Part shown: in pieces, positions 1-11,651 of the stretch
How the letters are laid out: every line of letters begins with the position of its first letter
How positions within the stretch are numbered: position 1 is the first letter of the stretch
NCBI GenBank assembly: GCA_044892505.1
Contig: CM097884.1
Coordinates: 5,146,001-5,210,000, forward strand
Reading direction: 5' to 3'
Source of the DNA: Schmidtea nova
Lineage: Eukaryota
DNA: 64,000 nucleotides
Position numbers and translations under genes: made by a program
Notes under the pieces: generated by a model
The model's database searches: none
Told to the model about the DNA's origin: nothing
The model's input: only the letters and a program-made list of their open reading frames with translations

Positions 1-1152
1 GAAATTAATTTCAACAATTTTCCGCAAAATCAAATTAATATTTTTACATAATATTTCATAAAACTTTAAATAATTTATTTTTAATCAAAACTTTTCTTTT
101 GAATTAAAGTTTATTCTAATTTGATTTAATTTGTTACATTTTCGATCAAAATTGTTTTCTTTTATATATTTTCAAATTTTTAAGATAAAATCGCAACCAT
201 GTTTTCTGAAAACATGCTAAATTTCCACAACTGAGGTTTTATGTCATGAATGCGATCTCCATGTGCATATTCAATGTGTTTTTTGTCTATTCTAGCTTTT
301 CAGACGTGTTTCTTTTAACCACTTTGGTTTTACTTGATGTTTTGGTTAAAGGACTTTAAATTCGAATCTTGCGCGCTCTCTACTTGTTAATGCGATTTTG
401 TCTACTTTAATTCTTAGGCGTGTTTTCATTTAACTACTTTGGTTTTAATTGATGTTTTGGTTAAATTAGAATCTTGCGCACTCTCTACTGGCTCTATTAT
501 CGTTTTATTTAAACAATATTTAGTTTTTGCCCAACAAACAAATGGATAAGTATTCGTAATCAGTGAGCGTCGAAAATTCGAAACTATGATTGACTGAATA
601 TCTCCGATAGAAGGTTTAATGCCCATTTATCCCTTCTTCAACAATTTATCCATAAACATTCAATAAGATTTTAATCGGTAATTATCCATCTACTAATATC
701 CATCAGTCTTGTTATGCATTCAATGGTTGAGAAAACAGTTCATTAATACAGAAAATTTTATTGAAAATACACGAAAATTTATCGAAAATGAAGACGAATC
801 ACAACGAACAAAAATGACAAACAAAATCACAATATCACAAGAAGGTTACGTCTATGGTTTCTATCGATTCCTTGCGCAATTGTTCCAACAAGTGCGCTTT
901 TTGGCGGCGTTTTCGCTGAGCCCTCACACCTTTGCTGAGCTTCCAGCGCTTGGCCTTTTCTGGTTGAGGAGATGCTAATATTTCCTCCTCGACCCTCACT
1001 GGGAACAATTCCTGTGTGGGCATAGATATTTTTGGCAGGACAGCAGAAATTATACCACTTTCTGACTGCAGCTTTGCTATCATAGTTTCCTGCTCTTGAA
1101 TGGTCATCCGGCAGGCACGCAATCTCATAACATATTCCGTTGTTTGCTGCAG

Positions 1153-4145
1153 CAATATTGAATAACTGATGGTTCTTATTAATTATCCTAAACTGTGGGA
1201 AAGTATATATCTTATTATTTAAATAACAATCAAGATACAACTGGTGTGTTAGTCCAGTATCTTTCATGCTAATCCCCTTAGTCCTCATACACGCGTCGTC
1301 TCCCATCAAACTATAACATTTCGATCTAAGAAACACCCACTCTTCATACAAAAGCCCTTTATTCTAGTCTTTGAATTTACCAATGACAGAATCAAGGCTT
1401 TTACTGTATAAAGGATAATGTGGGTCATAATTAGAAGTGTCCAGCAAGCAATCATTTATCATAGCCGGTGAAAGACTGTTAAGACTACAGTTTTTTTACC
1501 TCAAGAAAAAAGGAATCAGTATCTCCAGCAACGATGTTAATTTCACAGTTGAAGTCATCACGATAGTTTTGTAACTCTTCATACAAAAACTGGTATATTT
1601 GAAGTTTGGATAAATCCAGTACAGTTTGACCGATGTAGCTGGGTCTATCCAAACATACTGATTCCTTTCACAGCAAAACAGAAATAACGTCATTGTCAAT
1701 TTTAATGGTATTTTTAAATGTAGGTTTAGATGCGTATGTTTAAAAGTTTTTGTGTGGAATTACACAAACGCAAATTTAATCGTTTTACAGATTTTCAACA
1801 GTCTCGCCGTAAAGACTGTTGCTAAATAATTTATAAAAGTTTTTATCTAATTTATTTGTCGGCGCTGCTCGTAACACCGTATTTGTATTGATATAATTTT
1901 CAAAATTTTATCTTGTGTGAATTTTATTGCCCTATGCACATATGTTATATTTACACCTATTTTAATAAATAGTTGCAGAAGCCTGCAACGAAAAACGTAG
2001 TTCCTCTTTGGATAATGCGTAATCTCAACCTTTGAACCGGGTGCACACATCTTTTCAGCGGCAACGGGAAGATCATCCAGATTGTCGTGAATTGACGTCA
2101 GTATCTCTAAATCCATTTCTATGGTATAACCACAATGAAGTGCATCTAAATTTACCGTTGTGCACTCAACAATTATTTCATCAAATAAGTGGCCACCTGT
2201 GACCCATTCAAAATTTGCACAAGGCAAGGATTGACTTAAAGTCCAACCATATAAGTTATTTATGTCAATATATAGGAATGCCGTATCCGGGCTAGTTTTG
2301 ACATAATGTTTATTGAAAAACGTTAGCCCGCGACGAATACCGCCCTTGAAAAAGTTATAAATCTCCATATCGGTGAGGAGCTCAATTGGAGAGTTTAAAG
2401 TTAATAATGCCGAATTCCACGACATGCCGGGAATTCCTAAAAGATTTAATGGCTCAAGCCTATTATGTTTAATGGACTTTACCCGAAATTGCTGAAAATA
2501 ATCAGCCAAAAGAAAGACATCGAGCTTTAAATAAACCATCATGTAATTAGAAAGTGAATTACATAATGTTTCAAATTCATTGTGCTGCTGCGTATTCTAC
2601 TGGTGTAACATGTTTCCAGATAGGAGGTAATGATAAAGTCGATCTTAAAACTTCCAATGAAGTAGCTGCATCATAAGGAGAGATACTCTTGGCTGTTCTT
2701 ATTGTGTCGCGAAATTCTGATTGAGTCAATGGTAAAGAAGTCAAAGTTTTGACCGCATTACTTAAAGACTCGCTCACAAATTGATACGAGTGGATAAACT
2801 TAGCTGTTAATGTGTCAATATAAGCAAAAAGACTTAAAACCTTTTCGCTAGTTTACGGAATACAACTTATATTCCAAGTATTATATTTGGAAAGACCGTA
2901 TTTTAAATCAGGGTGTAGATCATACCCCTTTTAATTATGAAAGATGACAAGAAGGGTATGTCTAATCTGTCTGGATTTATTGCAAGAAGAAAATGCAGCT
3001 CCAAGAAATATACCGGAAAAATGGTCGTGATCGCAAACAGGGTTATTTAATAATTTTTTGCAGAAGTAACAAGTTGTGCTGTTGTCAAAAGATAATTGTT
3101 GGGTGGCTGTAATTACCATTTTCTTTTGATAATTTTTAAAAAAATATGGCGTCACGATATATTTGCTTATGGATTCAATTTCATTAAGAAATCGATCGAC
3201 ACAATCTAAACCGAAGAAAGATTTATATATTTAAACTCCAATAAAATTATTAATATGAAGGAGACCGGTGAAATAGGTAAATGTTTCTAAAAGTACCTTG
3301 TGTCTTTAGGTAAGGCAATGTGTATAAGGTGGTACCCAACTGATTTTTTTACAAAGATCCCTATGTCTATTAAAAGCCTCATCATTCCTAAAACCGTTTA
3401 AACATCGAGAACACTACTGACTACAAATCTTAACTGGTGTAATTGAGCTTTTTCGACAATTTAGAAATCTATTTAGGTCTGTAATGGCAAGATAATGATA
3501 AAAAGTTTTATTTTCTAAAAGTAGTAAATTTATAGTTATTCCTCCAACTATCTTACTACGATAAATAATATCTAAAGGGGTGTTTCAATACTACATCATC
3601 ATTACCAACAGAAATATCTATCAATGCCTTTTCATCATATGTAAAAATATTGATACTATAGCCAGTGTTTTGTCACTCAAATTTACTTATATTAGCCAGT
3701 TTCATGGGCATGTCATTTGGGTCATAATTTAATTGTGTAATATCATAAGAAGTAGGACGATTTCTATATTGTCTGTCTATGGTGTCATATTTTATAATAG
3801 ATAAAAAACTATAAAGAAAACAAAAGTCGTCATTATTAACTACATTTACAAGAGAACTTTAATTTTTTATAGATCTTGAGGTTTCTATAAAATTACTGCC
3901 ACTCAACCTACTTATTTCGCAAAAATTTAGTCAGAACAAAGCTTATATATTCAATTTTGAAGATAGTCCAATTGCTCCCTTTCTCATTTACTTTAACAAT
4001 TTTTTCATTTAAATTAGCAATACTTTCATCAATGAAGGTATCACTCCAAACTCTGGCAGAATTCGAGATGACGGAAGATTGTAATTCATCATCCTTCTCA
4101 AATTCTACCTTCAGACAGAATTGAATTTTAACTGATTTTAATTTA

Positions 4146-4150
<5 letters not shown>
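1153..4150 (-). pseudogene. Polinton/Maverick (adintovirus-type) protein-primed family B DNA polymerase, disrupted by stops and frameshifts
   Basis: Manual translation across frames gives, in order: GSNFIET..SLVNVVNNDDFCFLYSFL (~3900-3800); INLLLLENKTFYHYLAITDL; endonuclease VII-like insert CYFCKKLLNNPVCDHDHFSGIFLGAAF; YLKLDVFLLADYF; GGIRRGLT; LYIDINNLYGW; catalytic GDTDS (~1513-1527); DTSNYDPHYPLYSKSLDSVIGKFKD*; EEWVFLRSKCYS; KGIS. The N-terminus abuts a (TA)n tract and similarity ends at ~1153. Confidence 0.88.

Positions 4151-4231
<81 letters not shown>
4150..4231. repeat. (TA)n microsatellite
   Basis: Direct reading, about 40 units. Confidence 0.95.
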
Positions 4232-4233
<2 letters not shown>

Positions 4234-4275
4234 ATTTAGATAATAAAATATACGTTACAGATACCGTTTTTAAAA

Positions 4276-4945
4276 TTAAATTATAACATGTGTGTCGTTC
4301 AAGCCAGAATTAACTTCGACTACCCTATGTTCAATTTGAAAATTATTATTATTATTATTATTATTATTGTTTGAACCATTAAAGACACATGATTTGAAAA
4401 ACATTTTATTCCTATCAAACAATTTGTCCTTCAAAACAGCATCAATTCTCTTTACAAAGTATTCAAACCAAATAGATTCCATTGCCGAATAAGCAACCAA
4501 TCGGCCTCCAAATGTTTCATTTTTAGCAAATAAGTGAGCAACTCGAGTTTGTTATCAATAAATTGTTGTTTGTAATGAACATTACGTAAAAGAATAGAAA
4601 AATTCTCTCTGTGATTTGTTTGGCTATTGATTTGAAACTCAGAAAACCAGCGCGCTTCAGGGATTTGGATATCGTTATTGAGCTTGAATATTAAGCACTG
4701 CTCTGAATACAAACTCCCATGCGATAAGAGGAGTTCGACAATATCCTGCTCAGCGATCGGAAAACTAGCTAAAGAAAAGGTTTGAGGTCCAAATTGCTGT
4801 GGAATATAAAATTTAGATGATATAATTTGATATGTTGCATAAATGTCATAATATTTTATTGGAAATAGAACAAATCGCTTCTCGTTTGATATCAATAATG
4901 GCTCATTTCTGTCTAATATTTCAGCTCGTCGCTCTTTCGCAAAAT
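4276..4945 (-). pseudogene. Highly diverged ribonucleotide reductase small subunit (R2/RRM2-like), intronless, one frameshift
   Basis: NEPLLISNEKRFVLFPIKYYDIY resembles R2 EPLL.ENPRRFVIFPIEYHDIW. IQIPEARWFSEFQ resembles VQITEARCFYGFQ. After a frameshift near 4530-4560, KNETFGGRLVAYSAMESIWF resembles EATYGERVVAFAAVEGIFF. The C-terminal half is not alignable. Confidence 0.75.
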
Positions 4946-4949
4946 ATTA

Positions 4950-7900
4950 AAAAAACTCCAAACCGATACCGAAACACAAAAACATCTCCCAACTTCCAAA
5001 AATTGCATCGATAAAAAACCATAACTCCTTCATTCATAATAATCCTAAATCAATTCAATCTTCAATAACAATTAAACCAAAAATATACAACAAGCCATGC
5101 GCACACAAGCGCCAACGACACCACAATTCATGCGCAGACATGGGCCGAAACATTCCCCCCTTGATCCCTTCTAGCGGATCAACCGACCAATTTAGCTCTA
5201 GAGGGCAAACCTTGCTTATAGGTCTCATTATCTCATTTCCTCTGCTAAGAATCCTTAACACCCGCACCTTTCCATCTTCTTCAGGACAGACTTCCGCTAC
5301 TCGTCCAAGCTTCCATGATTTTTTACATAATCCGTTTTCCAATAACCAGATCAAGTCCCCGGTTTTTAAATTTTTCCCTTCTTTTGCCAATTTCTTCCTA
5401 TTCCTCCATCCAAGAACAATCTCTTATCTCCATCGCCCCCAAAACTTCTCGCTCAAATCCTGAATCATCTTCCACCGCTTTTTTATGCCAGTTCCCATAA
5501 GTTCTATTTTTTTCTCGCTAAATCTTTTATAACCGGGCTTGACGAAGTGATTCGGCGTCAATATTTCTTCTTCTTCCGGATCCTCACTCATAGTTGTCAG
5601 TGGTCTATTGTTAACCATATCTTCCGCCTCAGCAATGACGGTTTGCAGCTCTTCGTCAGTCAACTCAGCAACTCCAGTAATAGCTAATAAAGCCTTTTTC
5701 GCTTCCTTAACTAATATCTCGAACATCGCCCCAAAGTGTGATGCACTGGGAGGGTTAAAAATCCATTTTATCCTATCATTTTTGAGCCCCTTTTGGATTG
5801 AGTACGTATCAATCTCCACTTTCTCAATTTCACTCGGGGCTCCTACAAAATTCGTCCCGTTATCAGACAAGACTAACATGGGTGTTCCACGACGTGCGAA
5901 ACTTTTGAATGCACTGATGAAACTCTCTGTGTCCAGATGGATCTCCAAGTGGACCGCTCTTGTCACGAGGCAGGTAAATAAACAAAAATAACGCTTCGCC
6001 CTTCGATTTCCACGTCCCCTTATGACCGTTGTTATTGGTCCTGCGTAATCCACCGCAACCTTTTTAAACGCCTCCAGAGGCTCATTCACTCTAAATCCAG
6101 GGAGTGGCTCCATAATCTGTTCCAGTGTCTTGGCTCTCCCTTTTTGACAATTCACACATTCTTTCCTTATCCTTTTAATCAATTGTCGTTCCCCCACAAT
6201 CCAATACCTTTCGTTGACTTTTGACATCAAATACTCCGTTCCACCGTAGTGCTTCAATGACTGGTGTATCTCACCCGACTTTTCCCTGAGAGTATTAGTG
6301 GATACTTCGTCGCCGGATCCATCCAAGTTGCATTTGCCAAACGACTCCCACCCTACATCATTCCGTCATCCCAAATGTTGGGGCATAACGATTTCAATGT
6401 GTTTTTCGTTCCCACAAACTTACCCCTCTGAATGTCTTCCCATTCTTCAGAAAACTCAATTTTTTGATCTTCACGAATCAATGTGACCTCCGCATCCTCA
6501 ATTTCTTCACTTGTAAGTGCCCCATTTTTTCGTTTTGTTTTTTCTTGTTTAATATCTTCAATGAATCTGTTCAGACTAGCTCTTGTACGGACCAGTCTTC
6601 TCCATTTGGAGTAGGTTTTCGGGTCTAAGCAACTCGTTTTCCAAGCTGACTCTATATCATCTCTTCTCGTAATAAGGAAAAATCTCTGTATCCAATTCTG
6701 ATTCTTGGTCTCCTGCGCTCGTTTATTCTCCCAATTTGGTCAACTATCCTCCTCCCCTTGCAGAAACTTTGGCCCTTCAAACCATACCTTGGAATCTCTT
6801 AGTTCTTCTGCTCTCATTCCTCTTGATAGCAAATCTGCGACGTTTTCTTTCGTCGGTACATACCTCTACTGCGGTCTTCTCGTTGACCTTTGAATTTCCT
6901 CGATTCGGTTCGCAACAAATACCTTGCAATAACGCCCTAACTGCGTTATCCAGTACAAGACATCTTCACTATCCGTCCAGAAGGTGATATCTTACACATT
7001 TGTCTTCAAACATTGTGATACCTTTAGCCCTAATTTCACTCCCAATTCCGCCGCCAATAGTTCCAATCGCGGAATGCTCTCTACCTTAATTGGTGCTACT
7101 CTGGATTTGGCTGCGATTAGGTTAGTTCTCACGTCTCCCACTTTACTCTCTCTGACGTAAGTTTCGGCCCCGTATGCGCATTTTGAAGCGTCAACAAAAA
7201 TGTGGATCTTCCATTCATTTTTTGTATCTCCAATTAAATATCTTTCACATCTGATTTCGTTTAAAATCGCAAATTCTTTCAGCCAACTTTCGACCTTCCT
7301 CAACAGATTTGGTGGCAACAATTCATGCTAATCTGTACCAGCTAGCCAAATCTCTTGCATCAACAACTTACCTCTAATCAGAAAACTTCCAGCAAATCCC
7401 AAAGGATCAAAGATTCTGGCTAAACGACTAAGAAATCCTCGTTTCGAGAGACATTGTTGATTTGGGGGTTTGACGTCGTAACCAAACTTATCCTCTGCCG
7501 CAACCCAAACCAGTCCCAGGGTTTTTACTGCCACCTTGTTTTCCTCATTCAAACTTAAGAGCTTTGGTATCCTCTCCATAGGAAGTTTCTAATACCTTTT
7601 TGTCATTAGTGAGCCATTTATTCGTAACCATTTCTGCCTTTTCCCAAATACTAATAATTTCATCCTTGATCCTGATCACTTCCTCGACCGATTGAAAAGA
7701 ATCCATCGTATCATCCATGTACGTGGATTCTATTATTGTTTCTGCCGCTCTCGGAAACCATTCTCGAAATCTCTCAGCATTTCGTTTGGTGACTAACTGC
7801 ACCAGAAACGGAGATATGTTTAGTCCGAAGACTAGCCGTTCAAATTCAAAACCCTCAGTTTTTCCATCTTCATTCCAAATAAATCTTAAATATTTTCTAT

Positions 7901-9845
7901 CCTCTTGATTCACCTTTATCTGGAGGTACATTTTTTGTATATCACAAGCAATCGCCACTGGATGTTTTCTGAATCGTAATAATATCTCAAATAAATCATT
8001 TTGTAGCTTTGGCCCTTGTTCAATAGCATCATTTAAATTAATACCATTATTTTTCGCTGCTGCATCAAAGATTATTCTAATCTTGGTTGTCTCCTTGTCC
8101 ATTTTTATCACAGGAAAATGTGGCAGCCACCACTTTGTCTCACAAAATTCCTTCTCTGCCAACAACCTGATATACCCTTTTCGCACGTAGTCATTGAGCA
8201 CCTCTTTGTAGCTTTCTTTTAACCTACCGTCTTTCGCCAACCGATTGCCTAGACTCCTCAAACGCTTTTCCGCCATTTTCATATTATCTTGAAGTTGATA
8301 CTTGTTCACCCTCCATAACAAGCTAACCGTGAACCTTCCATCCTCGCACGACATACCTTCGATCGCCTTTTGCATTAATATTTCTTCACTCTGGCTGAAC
8401 TGATTCTTTTCAACGTGTCTCCTCAATTTCCCAAAATTGCCGCATCTGGTCTTCCAATCTCTCTGTTTTTCAAAAATAGCTCTGGACAAAATGGGAGTGT
8501 CGTGGAGCTTGATCCCTATTGACCTTGCCCAGACATGTCCACCCGAGAGGCGTCAGTCTTGCAACTGGCTCATCCCTCATCCTTCATTAGAACATCTATC
8601 TGCGGTCTTTCCCCAAGAATCGTGAATCGAATGTCCTTTAGGTGCTCCCAGTTATACGCCACCTTTGCCAATTGCATGCATTTAAGTCCCTGGTGACGCT
8701 TTTAACGAATAGGGTCTTAAAGTTGACTTTCACCTTGTTGTTATTGCTTGCCAATATCTCATCTATCGGCTTTGTTCCTAACATTTTCGATTCCCCCCCG
8801 ATCACGCCCACTGGCATATTTTTCCATAGTCCCCCAGCCTCTAGTTTCTGTGCAGCCCAATCGCTAATGTAACTAACATTACTTGCATCGTCCAGCAATG
8901 CATTTACTCTTATCCTCTTTCCCTTCGATTCTAACACAATAGGTATTGTCCTGAGACTTATGTAACCGATATCATTTAACCTTCAAGTTGCAACTAACCG
9001 AGTGGTATGCGTTTGCGGTTTTTGGTTGCTGTCCCCTGCCAATTCCTTCATTCTTCAAATATGTAGCAAACTATGATGATTTCCTCCACATTCTTTTTCC
9101 TTACAAAATCCTGGTCTGGTGCATTCTCTCACTCCATGTCCTTTTCTTAAGCAACTATAACATAATCTCCACTCTTGAACTCCCTTTCTCCTGTCATTTA
9201 CTGATAATAGTTTGAATTTTGGGCATTGATCCAGATAATGCGCACCCTGACATTTAAAACACATCAACCTGCTTTGATCTTGTTGCATAATTATTCCTAC
9301 CTTACCTTTACTTGAGTTTTGTTTTACCTCATTGCCAGAGTTCGTAAAGTGTGAGTACCTTCTATTGTCAATCTTTTCGGAAGTCTTGAAGTTTTTCTTC
9401 CCGTACTGCCAATTAGAATCATTTTCACGACCAAAACCATATAATATTTCATTTGTCGATCGCGTAAGGTCAGCTTCATTTTGCAACCACTTCTTAAATT
9501 GTGTTATTGATTCCTCACCTTCCTCTTTCGTTTGCTCTCTTTTCCATCGAATAAGTAGAGAAGCTGGTAATTTCTTTAACAATTGTTGCAAGAGACAGCC
9601 TCTCTGTAAGTCCTCTTCTCTTCCGATTGCTTTAAACCGTATCTCCATGGATTCCAACAATCCAACGAAAATATCCAAGTCTTTTATTTCTCCTTCGCGA
9701 ACCGGCCGAAATTTATCTACTGTCTCTAACATAGTCAGGTAACTTCGTTCTTCACCTCCGTAACGCCGTTTCAATTTCTCTTTCTCCATTTAGTAACCTT
9801 CGGCGGTATAACCTAGTGTATCTATCATTCGTAGAGGTTCAACTA
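4950..9845 (-). mobile_element. BEL/Pao LTR retrotransposon, 5'-truncated and decayed
   Basis: Domain order: gag (DUF1759-like ..LKRRYGG, three Cys/His knuckles, 9055-9845), protease (LLDDAS, 8638-8990), RT (WWLPHFPV, RIIFDA, YMDD, 7545-8489), RNase H (FVDASKCAYGA, RLELLAA), integrase (HHCC, SDNGTNF, 5424-6326), C-terminal DUF5641-like region. PPT AAGGGGGGAA is followed by TGTTTCGG (3' LTR start at 5152). The distal LTR end is approximate. Confidence 0.92.
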
Positions 9846-10130
9846 ACAAGTCAAAAAATCAAAAAACATTTAAAAATAATGAAAATTGAAAAAGTTTTAA
9901 AAAATGCTTATTTTGCGATGAGTCATAATTTTCTTTTGATGAGTCATCGATTAATCATCGATTGGTAAAAAAAATTTAAAAATTAGAAATTTTTCGAAAA
10001 AACAATATATGAGTTATCGATGAGTCAAAAATTTTTCTACCCCCGGAGATGGGGTGTCTTTGTTTAAAATATTTCCTCCCGCGCAATGAATCATCATGTC
10101 TTTGTTCCCGGCTCCACACATATAACTACT
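9845..10130. mobile_element. Polinton/Maverick terminus and subterminal region
   Basis: Reverse complement of the end reads AGTAGTTATATGTGTGGAGCCGGGAACAAAGACATGATGATTCA, homologous to the TIR at 27873 (AGTAGGTAGAAGTGTGGAGCCGGAAACAAAGACATTATGACTCA). It shares the TGAGTCA repeats and the CCCC..GGGG motif. It interrupts a gypsy gag at 10130/10131. Confidence 0.8.
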
Positions 10131-11046
10131 CTCATACACCTTATTTTTTGGCAATATCTTCTCACGTGTTCAGGGTACCCCACGCATAACATTCAATCAC
10201 CTTTCTCTGCAAATGTGGACACTGGCTTTTAATATGTCCTCATCTTCCACGTGTAAAACATGTAACTGCCTTCCTTGTTATGCAATCTCTACTCAAATGT
10301 CCTACCTTGTGAAATGTCCAACATTTGTTCTTATTTCTATTCGGTCTTTCTTCTCGATATTCTCGAGGCTCGTTATTATCTTATTACAATATTTCTTGTT
10401 TGATTTGTAACCGCGTCTCTGTAACATCTTGTTATATTCGGTTCTGTCTTTCTTTCTCTCACTTCATAGATCTCTTCTGCAACTATACGAGATTCGTGTA
10501 ACTTCTTGATTTTTTTCTTCCCTTTCATTGTTCCTTTTGTGTCACTTAAACACAGTTCTCGCTTCGAAGTCTTCTCGTATGCACAGTGTACCAGCATTTA
10601 TTCTGTTAGGCTTTCCTTATTTAACTCATGCCTCAATATTTTATCAACTTTCTCGTTTATGGTAGAAAATATTTTTCGGACTCTTCGCTCGTCTGTCTAT
10701 AGAACAGAGCCGATAGTAAATCCTCTGCCAACGTTGTTTTTTTGACGAATGCCTTCCGCAATCTTTCTTTATAGCATTTAATATTTGTATAAACTCCTGT
10801 ATCTATTTCTCTAATACTTTTGTCGATCAGTAATTTGACCATCACTTCTTGTTTTGAAGCAGGCATTTTAAATACTTTAAAATATTTATCACATTTTTTA
10901 ATGAATTTCTCAATATCATCTTCCCTATAAAAATAGCTCGGAAATAGCTTCTTTATGAAGTATGCCATTGACGTGGTCGACATATTAGATGTTGATAGAA
11001 CATCTTCTAAATTATTTTCTAAATTAGGTTGAGAAGTTGAAGTCAT
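10131..11046 (-). mobile_element. Ty3/gypsy gag remnant with CCHC zinc knuckles
   Basis: ORF 10657-11046 (DDIEKFIKKCDKYF..) and downstream knuckles CFTRGR*GHIKSQCP and CYAWG../EHVRRYC; cut at 10130 by the Polinton end. Confidence 0.7.
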
Positions 11047-11651
11047 AATTCCAAGTTTTTATTTTACGAAATATTATTTAATTTTCAAACAAATTTTCAG
11101 CCTTGAACAAAATATTTTCAAAACAATTTATAAATTTTAAAATGTATAAAATTATTTATAAAATTATAATTTATTAAAATTTAATTATTTATTTCATCTC
11201 TTTAAATTACAAACTTTAAAAATAAAAATTACAAATTATAAAAATTTAAATACACATCAATTATAACAGTTATTTTAAAACTTATTAAAAAAACTTTTTT
11301 AAAACTTTTTAAAACTTATTATTAAAAGTGGGAACCACTTTTTCGAAAATGTTGCCTAAAATTTGACTTTTGTTGACAATGATTGTGATGCTTGGTTTTG
11401 TGTTTATTATGTGTTCATTATCTGTAAGTAACATAATTTTATATTAAACCAAATATTTTCGTAGTCTACAGAGTAATAGCGAAATTTGTGATTAAAATGC
11501 TATAATAACATTTATATATATTAAAAATCTTAATATAATATTTTGTTTTAATTATCTTATTTAATTATATTGCTTTATTAAGTTTTGTTTTTTCCCTATT
11601 TTTATCTTGAAAATTTAACTTAAATTCATGTATCAAGTCTATTAAGTTTGA

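Noticed and set aside
4500-4530. KHLEADW in the tracked ORF as the R2 KKADW motif
   Set aside because: The alternative frame (KNETFGGRLVAY) aligns far better with R2, so this match is probably an out-of-frame coincidence.
5140-9742. Plus-strand ORFs overlapping BEL, gypsy and hAT genes (e.g. 5140-5463, 5608-5991, 9332-9742)
   Set aside because: Antisense shadow ORFs of TE coding sequence with no motifs.
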